64,000 nucleotides of DNA from positions 14,446,001 through 14,510,000 of the forward strand of contig OX597829.1 in assembly GCA_951406725.2 (NCBI GenBank), written 5' to 3'. This document shows, one piece after another, positions 30,500 through 45,009 of the stretch (position 1 is the first letter of the stretch; each line of letters opens with the position of its first letter). The position numbers and the translations under genes are program-made. The notes below the pieces were generated by a model. It was not told the origin of the DNA. It searched no databases and was given only the letters and a program-made list of their open reading frames with translations. Source of the stretch: Octopus vulgaris. Taxonomy: Eukaryota.

Positions 30500-30848
30500 T
30501 CCCACGGGAAGAGCCGGCCTTGATCCTCTCCTCAAACTGGATGGCATGTACAGGATGTTCCTACTTGGCATGCGACTTCAAGTTTTAAATGCTCGACGCT
30601 TGTCCCTTAATGGTAGTCTCCTTGGGTTGGCACATGACGCACCGGAAGCACAGTTCTTGTTATTCTTTGATGTAAGGACAAAGCAGTCCTCTATGTGGGG
30701 CTACGGGTTCTGAGACTCGGGTTCTGAAACACGGGTTCTGGGACTCCTGGCTCTCAACCTGGGGGAGCTCTGCCTTATTCACAGCCGTTTCTGACTCCTC
30801 AACAGGCCCTTCATCCTCAGGACAGACAGAAACGTCTTCACCTTTCAT
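30500..30848 (-). pseudogene. hAT transposase N-terminus with BED zinc finger
   Basis: Acidic leader MKGEDVSVCPEDEGPVEES, then FRCVMCQPKETTIKGQASSI*NLKSHAK*EHP (C-x2-C...H-x4-H). Confidence 0.75.
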
Positions 30849-31278
30849 AGCGATAGGCCGATAACGTACACTGCTGTCGCTGACATTGTAAGACTATAAT
30901 ATGACAACGTCGTAAGTGAACACAACTCAAAACTGCAAAAGTACACAATGCCGCTCAGCTAGTTGGTGTTGCGTCGACTAATCACATCTTGTCACGTGTA
31001 CATGTAATCAGCGTGTCTGAAGGATTCAAGACACGCCCACAAACAGACAGGAACAAATAGATGAATTTTGTTATCGGAACTAAATTTAGCGGACGCTAAT
31101 CCGCTCAACGAACAGTTATCTTCGCTAATTAGCTGTTAGCTGATAAGCGGAACCGTGGCCACCGTTGTATATATATAGGCATGCATATGTATATGCATGA
31201 ATATGCATGTATATATATACATAAATATATAAGCATGTATATATGCATACATATATGCATATGTATATCTATATATTT

Positions 31279-31313
<35 letters not shown>

Positions 31314-31335
31314 TATATATAGGCATTTATGTATA

Positions 31336-31395
<60 letters not shown>

Positions 31396-31464
31396 CACAT
31401 CCCTTAAGGGATGCAAGCATCCTAGTTTTCTGGTTGTTAGCATATGCAGATATATGACTATATA

Positions 31465-31522
<58 letters not shown>

Positions 31523-31579
31523 TATAGGTATCTTGGGGAAATTTCGAACCTGGGTTTTCATACCTAAGGTATTTTCCGA

Positions 31580-31651
<72 letters not shown>

Positions 31652-31700
31652 CACCATCATCATCATCATCATCATCTTTATTATTATTATTATTATTATT

Positions 31701-31776
31701 CAGGTCACTGCCTGGAATCGAACTCGGAATCTTGGAGTTAGTAACCCGCGCTCTTAACCACTACGCTATATGCCCG
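31701..31776 (-). other. tRNA-derived (Pol III A/B box) segment downstream of the Penelope-like ORF
   Basis: gggcataTAGCGTAGTGGttaagagcgcgggttactaactccaagattccGAGTTCGATTCCaggcagtgacc followed by (AAT)n; stems are imperfect, so not a functional tRNA. Confidence 0.7.
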
Positions 31777-31881
31777 TAGGCTTATAAATCTAATATTTTC
31801 CCATTCTTCTTTAATACCAGTTCCCATATGCTCTTCGTATCTGCACCGGGTCTGCTTAGGAGGTTATGTTCTAGCATAGTC

Positions 31882-32172
31882 TTTACTCTTTTACTCCTTT
31901 ACTTGTTTTAGTCATTTGACAGTGGCCATACTGGAGCAGCGCATTTAGTCGAGCAAATCGATCCCAGGACTTCTTTGGAAGCGTAGTACTTCTTTGGAAG
32001 CGTAGTACTTAATCTATCGGTCCCTTTTGCCGAACCGCTAAGTTACGGGGGCTTAAACACACCAGCATCGGTTGTCAAGTGATGTTGGGGGTTCAAACAT
32101 AGACACACAAACATATGCACACACACACATATACATACATACGTACATACATACATACACAAACATACACAA

Positions 32173-32220
<48 letters not shown>

Positions 32221-32383
32221 GACGGGTTTCTTTCAGTTTCCATCTACTAAATCTACTCACGAGGCTTTGGTCGGCCCGAGGCTATAGCAGAAGACACTTA
32301 CTCAAGGTGCCACGCAGTGGGACTGAACCCGGAACCATGTGGTTCGTAAGCAAGCTACTTACCACACAGCCACTCCTACGCCT
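31882..32383 (-). mobile_element. SINE A, full length, nested in the PLE ORF
   Basis: Consensus match; the PLE reading frame resumes on the other side. Confidence 0.9.
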
Positions 32384-33058
32384 ATGCACTGCCTCTTTTA
32401 GTTTTCGTATTTTCCAGTGATGTTCTCTTTCTATAATTTTAACTTCATCCCTCAGTAGGAGGTGGTCTCCATTTTTCCATATATGAACGGCTATACCCGA
32501 TTTATCAATATCTCCTCGTGTGACAGCTTTGCGACGTTCCTCTACCTTTATTTTGATGGGGTGGCATGTTTCGCCTTAGTATAATCTACCACAGCAGCAT
32601 CGGATGGAGTACAAGCAGTTTTTGTTCATATTCTCTTCTATTGGTGGTTTTACTCGAAGGAGATGTTTGCGAAGTATATTACTTTTGAATACTGTCCTGA
32701 TGTCATATGGGCCGCATATCTTTGTATCTCTTCGGAGAAGCCTTTCACATAGAGTAGACAGACTGTGGATAGTTTATTGGCTTCATTCTCTCTTCTCCTC
32801 ATAATTGGAGTGGATAGTATGTTTGGGGGTAGTTGTTGCTTAACAGATTGTTACTTAGCTTGATCATTTCTTCGTGGTGGTATCACGATCGCTACTTATA
32901 TTTTGTAGTCGATGTTTTAGGCACTGAGCAATCCCTCTCTTTACACTGAAGGCTAGGTTGCGGTATACGGATGTCCTGAATCCATACTTGGTGCGTGTTA
33001 TTAATACATCTAGGAATGCTAGCTGATTGTCTTTTTCCTTTTCCCTTGTGAACTGATA

Positions 33059-33245
33059 CAGTTGTAGTAAGTTATACAAAAGCGAAACATGCCGCACCCT
33101 CAAAATAAGGGTAGAGGAACATCGCAAAGCTCTGACACGAGGAGATATTAATAAATCGCGTATAGCTGATCATGTATGGAAAAATGGAGAACACCGAAAC
33201 GTTGTGTTAACAACAAAGAAGATGAGAACAAATATCCGTCAAATG

Positions 33246-33250
<5 letters not shown>
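33059..33250 (+). mobile_element. Inverted PLE fragment (GIY-YIG piece plus element end)
   Basis: SCSKLYKSETCRTLKIRVEEHRKALTRGDINKSRIADHVWKNGEH is a reverse-complement paralogue of 32465-32600; it is followed by ccGAAACGTTgtg. Confidence 0.8.
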
Positions 33251-33313
<63 letters not shown>

Positions 33314-33315
<2 letters not shown>

Positions 33316-34070
33316 CGGGAAGCTTTATGAAAATAAACAAAAGACGAAGGCAGGTGGAAAACAAACGAACAATTGTATTAGTATGGCGCTCAGGAAATAT
33401 AAATAAAACAAGTCTTTAACGTTTCGAGCCTACGCTCTTCAACAGAAAGATACACAGAGAGAGAAAAACACAGAAAGAAGGAGAGAAAAAATGCGTGCAG
33501 TAGCTAACGAATCAACATGGCGATCTGATTTCGGCCAGAGGTCAAAGATCAAACATGAGACGCGAGAGCGAAATAAGGGGAGATAATAGGGTTGATAAAT
33601 GGGTTGAGGGACCAGCTAAAAGTGCGAGGGAGGGGTCTGGATGTATGTATGTATAGGGTTCGTGTATGTATTAGTATGTATAAGGGTGTGTGTGTGTGTG
33701 TGTGTGTGTATGAGAGAGTATTAGTGCGTAAGATTGGTCTGGACGTGCGTATGTATGGGGTTGGTGTATGTATTAGTATGTATTAGTATGTATTAGTACG
33801 TATTGGTATGTATAGGTGTGTGTGTGTGTGTGTGTGAGAGAGTATAAGTGCGTATGCGGGGTCTGGACGTGTGTATGTATAGGGTTGGTGTAAGTATTAG
33901 TATGTACTAGTATGTATTAGTACGTATTAGTATGTATTAGTTGGTGTGTGTATTAGTATGGCACATCATATGTGATGTGATGTGTAAGGTCATGTGGTGT
34001 AGTGAGGAGAAGAAGAGGGGGAGGGGGAGAAGGGGAGGGGAAGAAGAGGGGGAGGAGAAGGGGGAGAGGA
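33314..34070 (-). mobile_element. Hammerhead-bearing element family 2 (long form with GT-rich minisatellite)
   Basis: 33413-33450 (-) reads ucuuu-CUGUUGA-A-gagc-guag-gcuc-GAAAC-GUU-aaaga; flanked by (TA)n; three ~120-bp GT-rich units at 33630-33940. Confidence 0.7.
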
Positions 34071-34071
34071 G

Positions 34072-34103
<32 letters not shown>

Positions 34104-34120
34104 TTATATATATATTTATA

Positions 34121-34155
<35 letters not shown>

Positions 34156-34349
34156 ATATATGTATATGTATATGTATATGTATATATATATGTATATATA
34201 TATGTATGTATATATGTATGTATATATGTATGTATATATGTATATGTATATATATATGTATATATGTATATATGTATATATATATATGTATATGTATGTA
34301 TATATGTATATGTATGTATATATGTATATGTATGTGTATATGCATATAT

Positions 34350-34754
34350 TCTCTTTACTCTCTTTTACTCTTTTACTTGTTTCAGTCATTTGACTGCGGC
34401 CATGCTGGAGCCCCGCCTTTAGTCGAGCAAAGCGACCCCAGGACTTATTCTTTGTAAACCCAGTACTTATTCTATCGGTTTCTTTTGCCGAACCGCTAAG
34501 TGACGGGGACGTAAACACACCAGCATCGGGGACAAAAACACACACACACAAACACACATACACATATATATATATATATATATACATATATACGACAGGC
34601 TTCTTTCAGTTTCCGTCTACCAAATCCACTCACAAGGCATTGGTCGGCCCGGGACTATAGCAGAAGACACTTGCCCAAGATGCCACGCAGTGGACTGAAC
34701 CCAAAACCATGTGGTTGGTTAGCAAGCTACTTACCACACAGTCACTCCTGCGCC

Positions 34755-34807
<53 letters not shown>

Positions 34808-34841
34808 ATATGTATATATAAATACATATATACATACATAT

Positions 34842-34900
<59 letters not shown>

Positions 34901-35212
34901 GGCGTAGGAGTGGCTGTGTGGCAAATAGCTTGTTTACCAACCACATGGTTCCAGGTTCTGTCCCACAGCGCGGCACCTTCGGCAAGTGTCTTCTATTATA
35001 ACCTCGGGCCGACCAAAGCCTTGTGAGTGGAGTCTGTAAGAAACTAGTCGTATATATATATATAAATGTGTGTGTGTGTGCCTGTGTCTGCATTTGCCTC
35101 CACCCACCATCGCTTTCAAACCGATTCAGCAAAAGGGGCCGATAGAATAGTAGGCTTACAAAAGGCGGTGCACCAGCATGGTCGCAGTCAAGTGACTAGA
35201 ACAAATTAAAGA
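34350..35212. mobile_element. Divergent pair of SINE A copies (34350-34755 -, 34900-35212 +)
   Basis: Both match the consensus; heads face away from a central (TA)n. Confidence 0.85.
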
Positions 35213-35758
35213 ATGTATTCCGGTCGGCGTTGTACTCGAGGAAACAGTGTAACTGAAACTTAATATAGATGCAGAAGCATACCAAAGCCGCAGATGTAAT
35301 GTCTTCGGAAAGTGTCCTCTACAATCACCACGGGCTGATGACCAAATCTTGTATATGGATTTTGTGAACAGAAACAGACTGAAACACGTCGTATACATAA
35401 ATACATACATACCGCTACGGGAAGATAAACACAGCAACATCGGTTGTCAAACGATGATGGTAGGGACAAACAGACACACAAGCACACACACATGCACGCT
35501 CACACACATATACGACGGGCTTCTTTCAGTTTCCAAGGTGCCACCCGGAATTATATTGTTGAGAAGCAAGCTTGTTACCACACAGTCACTCCTGAGCATG
35601 AGGAGTAGATAGACAGCCGACAACTAATGAAGGGTCCTTTCACTGTGTTTACTTGTCCTGTTTTCCATTTTTTTTCATTCTTTACGTATTTAACTCATTT
35701 GTTTGCGTATTTCATGTTATTTGCACCGTTGGTGACATCCTGTACCCATATATACATG

Positions 35759-35800
<42 letters not shown>

Positions 35801-35802
<2 letters not shown>

Positions 35803-36052
35803 GGAGTAGACGCATAAATGTGAAACAAGATGGAAAAAAGAGTACTCAAATACCAGTGGTAGAGTAATATGCTTTATTTAAAGCAGCAGAAAATTCAACA
35901 AAACCTGTTACTCTGAGTTTCCCGTTGCCGTTCATCGGACAGTCTTTGCTAGAATGACATATCGGTTCCATTCTAGCAAAAACTGTCCGATGAAGGGCAA
36001 CTGGAAACTCAGAGTAACAGGTTTTGTTGAATTTTCTGCTGCTTTAAATAAA

Positions 36053-36057
<5 letters not shown>
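35801..36057. mobile_element. Palindromic hammerhead element family 1, copy 2
   Basis: ~85-bp arms; motifs at 35905-35942 (-) and 35983-36020 (+), both with CCGAUGA. Confidence 0.85.
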
Positions 36058-36104
<47 letters not shown>

Positions 36105-36105
<1 letters not shown>

Positions 36106-36297
36106 AGGGAGGGTTTACGAAAAAAACAAAAGACGAAGACAGGTGGTGTACAAAACAAACAGATGTATTAGTATAACGCTCAGGAATAGAAAAAGTCTTT
36201 TACGTTTCGAGCCTACGCACTTCTACAGAAAGAGACACAGCAAAAACAAGGAGAGAAAGAATGTGTGTAGTGGCTAACGGTCTATCATGGCGCTATA

Positions 36298-36365
<68 letters not shown>

Positions 36366-36515
36366 TATAGCGCCATTCTTTCTCTCCTTGTTTTTGCTGT
36401 GTCTCTTTCTGTAGAAGTGCGTAGGCTCGAAACGTAAAAGACTTTTCTATTCCTGGCGTTATACTAATACATCTGTTTGTTTTGTACACCACCTGTCTTC
36501 GTCTTTTGTTTTTTA
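36105..36515. mobile_element. Inverted pair of family 2 hammerhead elements around (TA)n
   Basis: 36120-36297 is reverse-complementary to 36365-36515; motifs at 36196-36233 (-) and 36404-36441 (+). Confidence 0.85.
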
Positions 36516-36651
36516 TATATATATATTGTTGTTTCAGTCATTTGGCTACAGCCATCTGGAGCACCGCCTTTCGTCGAACAAATCCTAGTACTTATTCTAT
36601 CGGTTTTGTGTGTATATATATTATACGTATGTATATATACATATATATACG

Positions 36652-36687
<36 letters not shown>

Positions 36688-37647
36688 TATGTATACATAC
36701 ATATATACACGTATGTGTATAAATATATGCATATGCGTATGTATACATACATATATACACGCATGTGTATAAATATATGCATATACATATATATATACAT
36801 ATGTTATCGTATATGTGTAGACTGCTTTATATATATATGTGTATATATATATATGCATTTATATATATATATATGCATATATATATATATATATATATAT
36901 ATTAATAAATAAAACATATGCATATATATGTACATATATGTACGTACCTACCTCTACATGTACATATACACGCATATATGAGTACAGGACACCAAAGGGA
37001 CGTCGAACACAAAGAGAAACGAAAACATAGACACAAACCAAAGGAACTGGACGGCACAGAAGTGGCTATGTGGTAAGAAGCTTGCTTCTCAACCACATGG
37101 TTCCGGGTTAAGTTCCACTGTGTGGCACCTTGGGCAAGTCTCTTCCATTATAGCTTCGTTTCAAACCTTTGTGAGTGGATTTGGTAGACGGAAACTGAGA
37201 GAAGCCCATCGTATGTGTGTGTGTGTGTATTTGTGTGTCTGTTTTACCTCACCACTATCATTTGACAAAACGATGTCGGTGTTTTTACCTCCCTGTAACC
37301 TATCGGTTCCTGCCGTAAGGCTTTACTTTCAGACACACCAGCTTAATTTAATTCGTCCTGTTATTATTTTTTATTTTATTTTTGTAACATTTCCGTTTTT
37401 TTTTTCCGTTCTTGTTTTCGTATACATTCGCTGCTTTCTTCCAAGGAATGTAATGCTCTTAGCTTTAATTTTCCCTTGGGGTTGGCCAGATTGGAGCAAT
37501 CTCGAGTATAACTAGTCGAAATTGCAAAGATAATCTGGAACTCGACTGAGGATAGAAAACTCCGAATTATCCGTCCTTGCTTTCCTTGTCCCTTTTTTGT
37601 TTCACCTAAGTGTCTGGATGTTTTGCGTTCTTGTCCCATCTTGTATT

Positions 37648-37684
<37 letters not shown>

Positions 37685-37727
37685 CATACATACATACATA
37701 CATACATACATACATACATACATACAT

Positions 37728-38775
37728 ACAGAGTGCGTAAGATACTTGAGGATATATTTATATTAAAAAAAAAAACGGATATATAATAACAGATACTAGC
37801 GTTGTTTATCAAAAAATGCTATGAGGGTAAGATAAACCTTCTTATCTATAATGTTATTCAATAAATGCGCTTTCAGTCACAATAACTGCTTCTATATGAG
37901 ATCTAAATCATCTACATGCTCGAATCAAGTAGTCCTGGTTCATTTTGGACATTACTCTGACTATGGCAGCTTTCGAAGAATCTTTGGTGTTATGGGCGTG
38001 TTGATTGACCTCTCTCTCAACACGACGCTCCACATGCAATAAGTCAAATGGATTGAGATCTAGGGAATTAGGATGCCAAATATTAGGGGTTACGTGATCA
38101 TAAAAATTTTCAGACATCCATTCCTGTGTTACTAGAGCCATGTGTGATAATGCAGAGTCTTACTGAAACTCACATGGATTTCCATTGCATACACTGTCTA
38201 TCCAAGGCTTAATAGTTGTTTTCAGATCCTCAATGTAGGCGGTAAAGTTAACTCGAAGGCTTTGCGGAAAGAAGTAATGCTGACAACCTCTAAAACCATG
38301 ACAGTTGCAGGAAATTTTGTATGCATAACACTTGGAACTTCAGAAGGGTCTGCACATAACCATCCGTCATTTCTTCTGTTAACTTTTTAATCTTGGTCGA
38401 TGTTTATCTCGTTTGAGAAAAACAAATCAAATATTCTGCTGGATTTTTCCGTTCGTTTAATAGCCTTTAAGAACTGATGTAGTGATTTTCTTTTGTTTTT
38501 TTCTGACAAACTGACCTTTCCTCATCGTATAAAACTTATATCTGATGTCTTTTTGGACAACATTTCTGACAGTTCTTTCTGACGCATGAAGATATTTTGC
38601 AATTGACCTCATGGACTTTTTGGGATAGTAATCAATGGTCTGTTGAACTTGCTGGATAACATCAGATGTTCTGATAATTTCAGAGCGCCTGGGATGCTTT
38701 TTGTGCTTTGATACTGGTGATACGTTGCCATCTTAAGTCTCTAGCTCCTTACAAATTTTGTAGACGAAAGATCTG
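37728..38775 (-). mobile_element. Tc1/mariner (maT, DD37D-like) transposase remnant
   Basis: HTKFPATVMVLEVVS; FQ*DSALSH; TQEWMSENFYDHVTPNIWHPNSLDLNPFD (cf. WPPNSPDLNPLD). Confidence 0.8.
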
Positions 38776-38779
38776 ATAT

Positions 38780-41280
<2,501 letters not shown>

Positions 41281-41416
41281 ATATCTGCATGCATTCATAT
41301 ACATATGATCAAATGGTGGAGGTTTAGTGTTATATATAACCACATCGACTGGAATTTGATATTTGTTCTTTGATCAATGTTTTTTACATAAGTATATATG
41401 CACACACACACACACA

Positions 41417-41453
<37 letters not shown>

Positions 41454-41549
41454 GTAAATATATGTCTACACCACCTGTCTTCGTCTTGCTTTTTTTGTGT
41501 GAATTCTCCCCATATATATACCCAGATATATATTTATATATATACACAC

Positions 41550-41585
<36 letters not shown>

Positions 41586-41849
41586 ACTATATATAAATGC
41601 ATATATATATTACGTATATATATTTTGTGTGTGTGTGTATATATTTAGATACATATATATGTATATGTGTATTAAGATATATGTATATATATATATATAT
41701 GTATATATCTTGATATACTAATGAGTAAATTTATTCAATAAAATCGGCTGTGCATCCAACCCCGGGCTTTTCACGACATCGGGATTAACACCATCATATC
41801 TGGACACTCTTCATACTTAAGTTTGTGAATGATACAGTAACCATTGCCT

Positions 41850-42456
41850 TCAGTTCATCTTGGTTGTTACAAGGAGTTTTGTTGGTCTCCACCTCGACTG
41901 CGCCCCACACATAATAATCAAGTAGGTTGCTGTCTGGGGAGTTAAGTGGCCAGATGTTAGGCGTGATGTGATCGCAGAAATTGTCTGACAGCCATGACTG
42001 GGTTCATGGTGAAGAGCCCTTTTGGCAGACGTAGGCTCTTCAGAAGCGATCTTCTTGACCCAGGGCAGCACTACCTCCTCCAGGGAGTTGATGTAGGCCT
42101 TCGTGTTGAGTCTGATCTGTGTGGGAAGATGAATAGAGGTATAATGTCGCCATCATTCCTGATCACTCCAAATACCGTAATGTTGACTGGATGTTTGAGT
42201 TTTATCACTCAATATACTTGTCCTCAGATTGACAGCAAAACAATCTGAAATGTTCGTATTGTTGCTTCCGGCGCGAATGCCAAGCAGTACAGCATGTTAT
42301 TTCCAAATCTCCGGAAGAGTGAATTATGTCATGGTGCTATTTTTGTCAGAGACGGTGCCGATCAGACCCTACTATACTGTGTAGTTGACAAAATCAAAAA
42401 CAAATCAAGCGCATGCGCAAAATTAAAAGATTGGCGACAATTTACCCATCGTACCC

Positions 42457-42460
<4 letters not shown>
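41850..42460 (-). mobile_element. Second maT/mariner remnant with candidate TIR
   Basis: KHPVNITVFGVIRNDGDIIPLFIFP..LEEVVLPWVK..SWLSDNFCDHITPNIWPLNSP; terminal tagggtacgatgggtaaattgtcgcc. Confidence 0.7.
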
Positions 42461-42527
<67 letters not shown>

Positions 42528-42570
42528 CGAAAGATATATATATATATATGCATATATTCATATATATATA

Positions 42571-42604
<34 letters not shown>

Positions 42605-42654
42605 TGCATATATACATTTATGCATATATATACATACATATATTCATATTTTGC

Positions 42655-42706
<52 letters not shown>

Positions 42707-42749
42707 GTATATATATCCGCATCTCTCTGTCTGTCTGTCTGTCTATCTG

Positions 42750-42825
<76 letters not shown>

Positions 42826-42885
42826 TATATGTATCTTCCTCTGTCTCCCCCACTTTCTCTGTACACACAGATACACACATATACA

Positions 42886-42933
<48 letters not shown>

Positions 42934-42948
42934 CACATATATATATAT

Positions 42949-42994
<46 letters not shown>

Positions 42995-43081
42995 GCATAT
43001 ATATTCATACATATATACTTATATATATATACGCATATATATATATATATACGTATGTATATTTATCTATATCTTCATATA

Positions 43082-43119
<38 letters not shown>

Positions 43120-43234
43120 TATGTACACACTCACACACACATACAGTGTGTACAACCTTCTCGTCTCTCACACATATGACTTAAATTAATAACATTTTGG
43201 AAGCGCTACATGTTATAAGTCTTTGGGACCAACA

Positions 43235-43805
43235 TCAGCAGTAGTCGCATTATTGACACAAACAGAACCAGCAGCAGGAGTCGCAGCAGCAACTGGAGCA
43301 TTAGTGACACTAACACCAGCAGCTGTAGTCGCAGAACTCAGCAGCAGCAGCAGTAGGATCATCGTTGATACTAACAGCAGCAGCAGCAGCAGCGGCAGCA
43401 GTAGCAGCTGGTGTAATATTCTCATTAGGCAGGAGAGGTAGCAGCAGCGGTGGCGGCAGCAGCGGTGATAGTAATAGTAGTAGTAGTAGTAGTAGTAGTA
43501 GGCTGACTGCGTTCGTACATGTCACTGTTAGTAGAAGTGAGGATTTAATTACGGTGGTGGGGATGGCGTTGTTGTTGTTGTTGATGGTGGTGATACCGGT
43601 GGAAGTGTTGGTGTTGATGCTGCTCTTCTTCTTCATAATGATGATGATGATGATGATGCTAATTGTGGTGTTGATGTTATTTTTACTGTTCATTTTTGGT
43701 GCTGCTGCTGCTACTGATGATGATGATGATGTGGCTGATGGTAGTGGTGGTAAGATGATCAGGATGGTGATGATGATGATGTTGCTGCTTCTCATATTAT
43801 TGATG
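43235..43805. repeat. Compound trinucleotide tract (CAG/TAG/GTT/GAT)
   Basis: Directly visible. Confidence 0.85.
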
Positions 43806-43810
43806 CACTT

Positions 43811-44381
<571 letters not shown>

Positions 44382-44432
44382 ACTTGTTGATGATGATGTT
44401 GATGACGCCAATACACCGCAATGATAACAGTT

Positions 44433-44798
44433 TCTCCTTTCTACAATTGGCCCAAAGCCTGAATTTTGGGGCAGGTGGGGAGTGTTAGTTGATTACATCG
44501 ACCCCCAGTATGCAACTGGTACTTATTTTATCGACCTCGGCGGAATTTGAACTCAGAACGTAAAGACAGACGAAATACCTATTTCTATTTCTTTACTACC
44601 CACAAGGGGCTAAACACAGAGAGGACAAACAAGGACATACAAACGGATTAAGTCGATTATATCGACCCCAGTACGTAACTGGTACTTATTTAATCGAATC
44701 CGAAAAGATGAAAGCAAAGTCGACCTCGGCGGAATTTGAACTCAGCACATAGCGGCAGACGAAATACCGCAAAGCATTTCGCCTGGCCTGCCGCCTTA

Positions 44799-44852
<54 letters not shown>

Positions 44853-44970
44853 TTCAAATTTTGGCGTAAGGCCAGCAATTTTGGATGATGGACTAAGTCG
44901 ATTAGATCGAACCCAATACGCAACTGGTACTTATTTTATTGACGCCGAAATGATGAAAGTCAACCTGGAG
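44433..44970 (-). mobile_element. Array of SINE B copies
   Basis: Three core repeats; both tail variants present. Confidence 0.85.
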
Positions 44971-45009
44971 GGAATAATAATAATAATTATAATAATAATA
45001 ATAATAATG

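Larger units (their letters stand above)
27282..31167 (-). mobile_element. Full-length decayed hAT (Ac/Tol2-like) DNA transposon
   Basis: Imperfect TIRs ctgtggtgggcac / gtggccaccgttg; subterminal gctaac/gttagc repeats; probable 8-bp TSD tatatagg (27274-27281 and 31172-31179 after an extra TATA); transposase remnants inside. Confidence 0.85.
31520..33056 (-). mobile_element. Penelope-like element 3' part (RT C-terminus, GIY-YIG endonuclease, 3' region), interrupted by SINE A
   Basis: FTREKEKDNQLAFLDVLI..TSVYR; NCLYSIRCCCGRLY*GET..SGIAVHIW..RKLKEAVH, then past the SINE MLEHNLLSRPGADTKSIWELVL. Confidence 0.85.

Noticed and set aside
31701-31776. Functional tRNA gene
   Set aside because: Acceptor, D and T stems are mismatched and there is no oligo-T terminator; treated as tRNA-derived.
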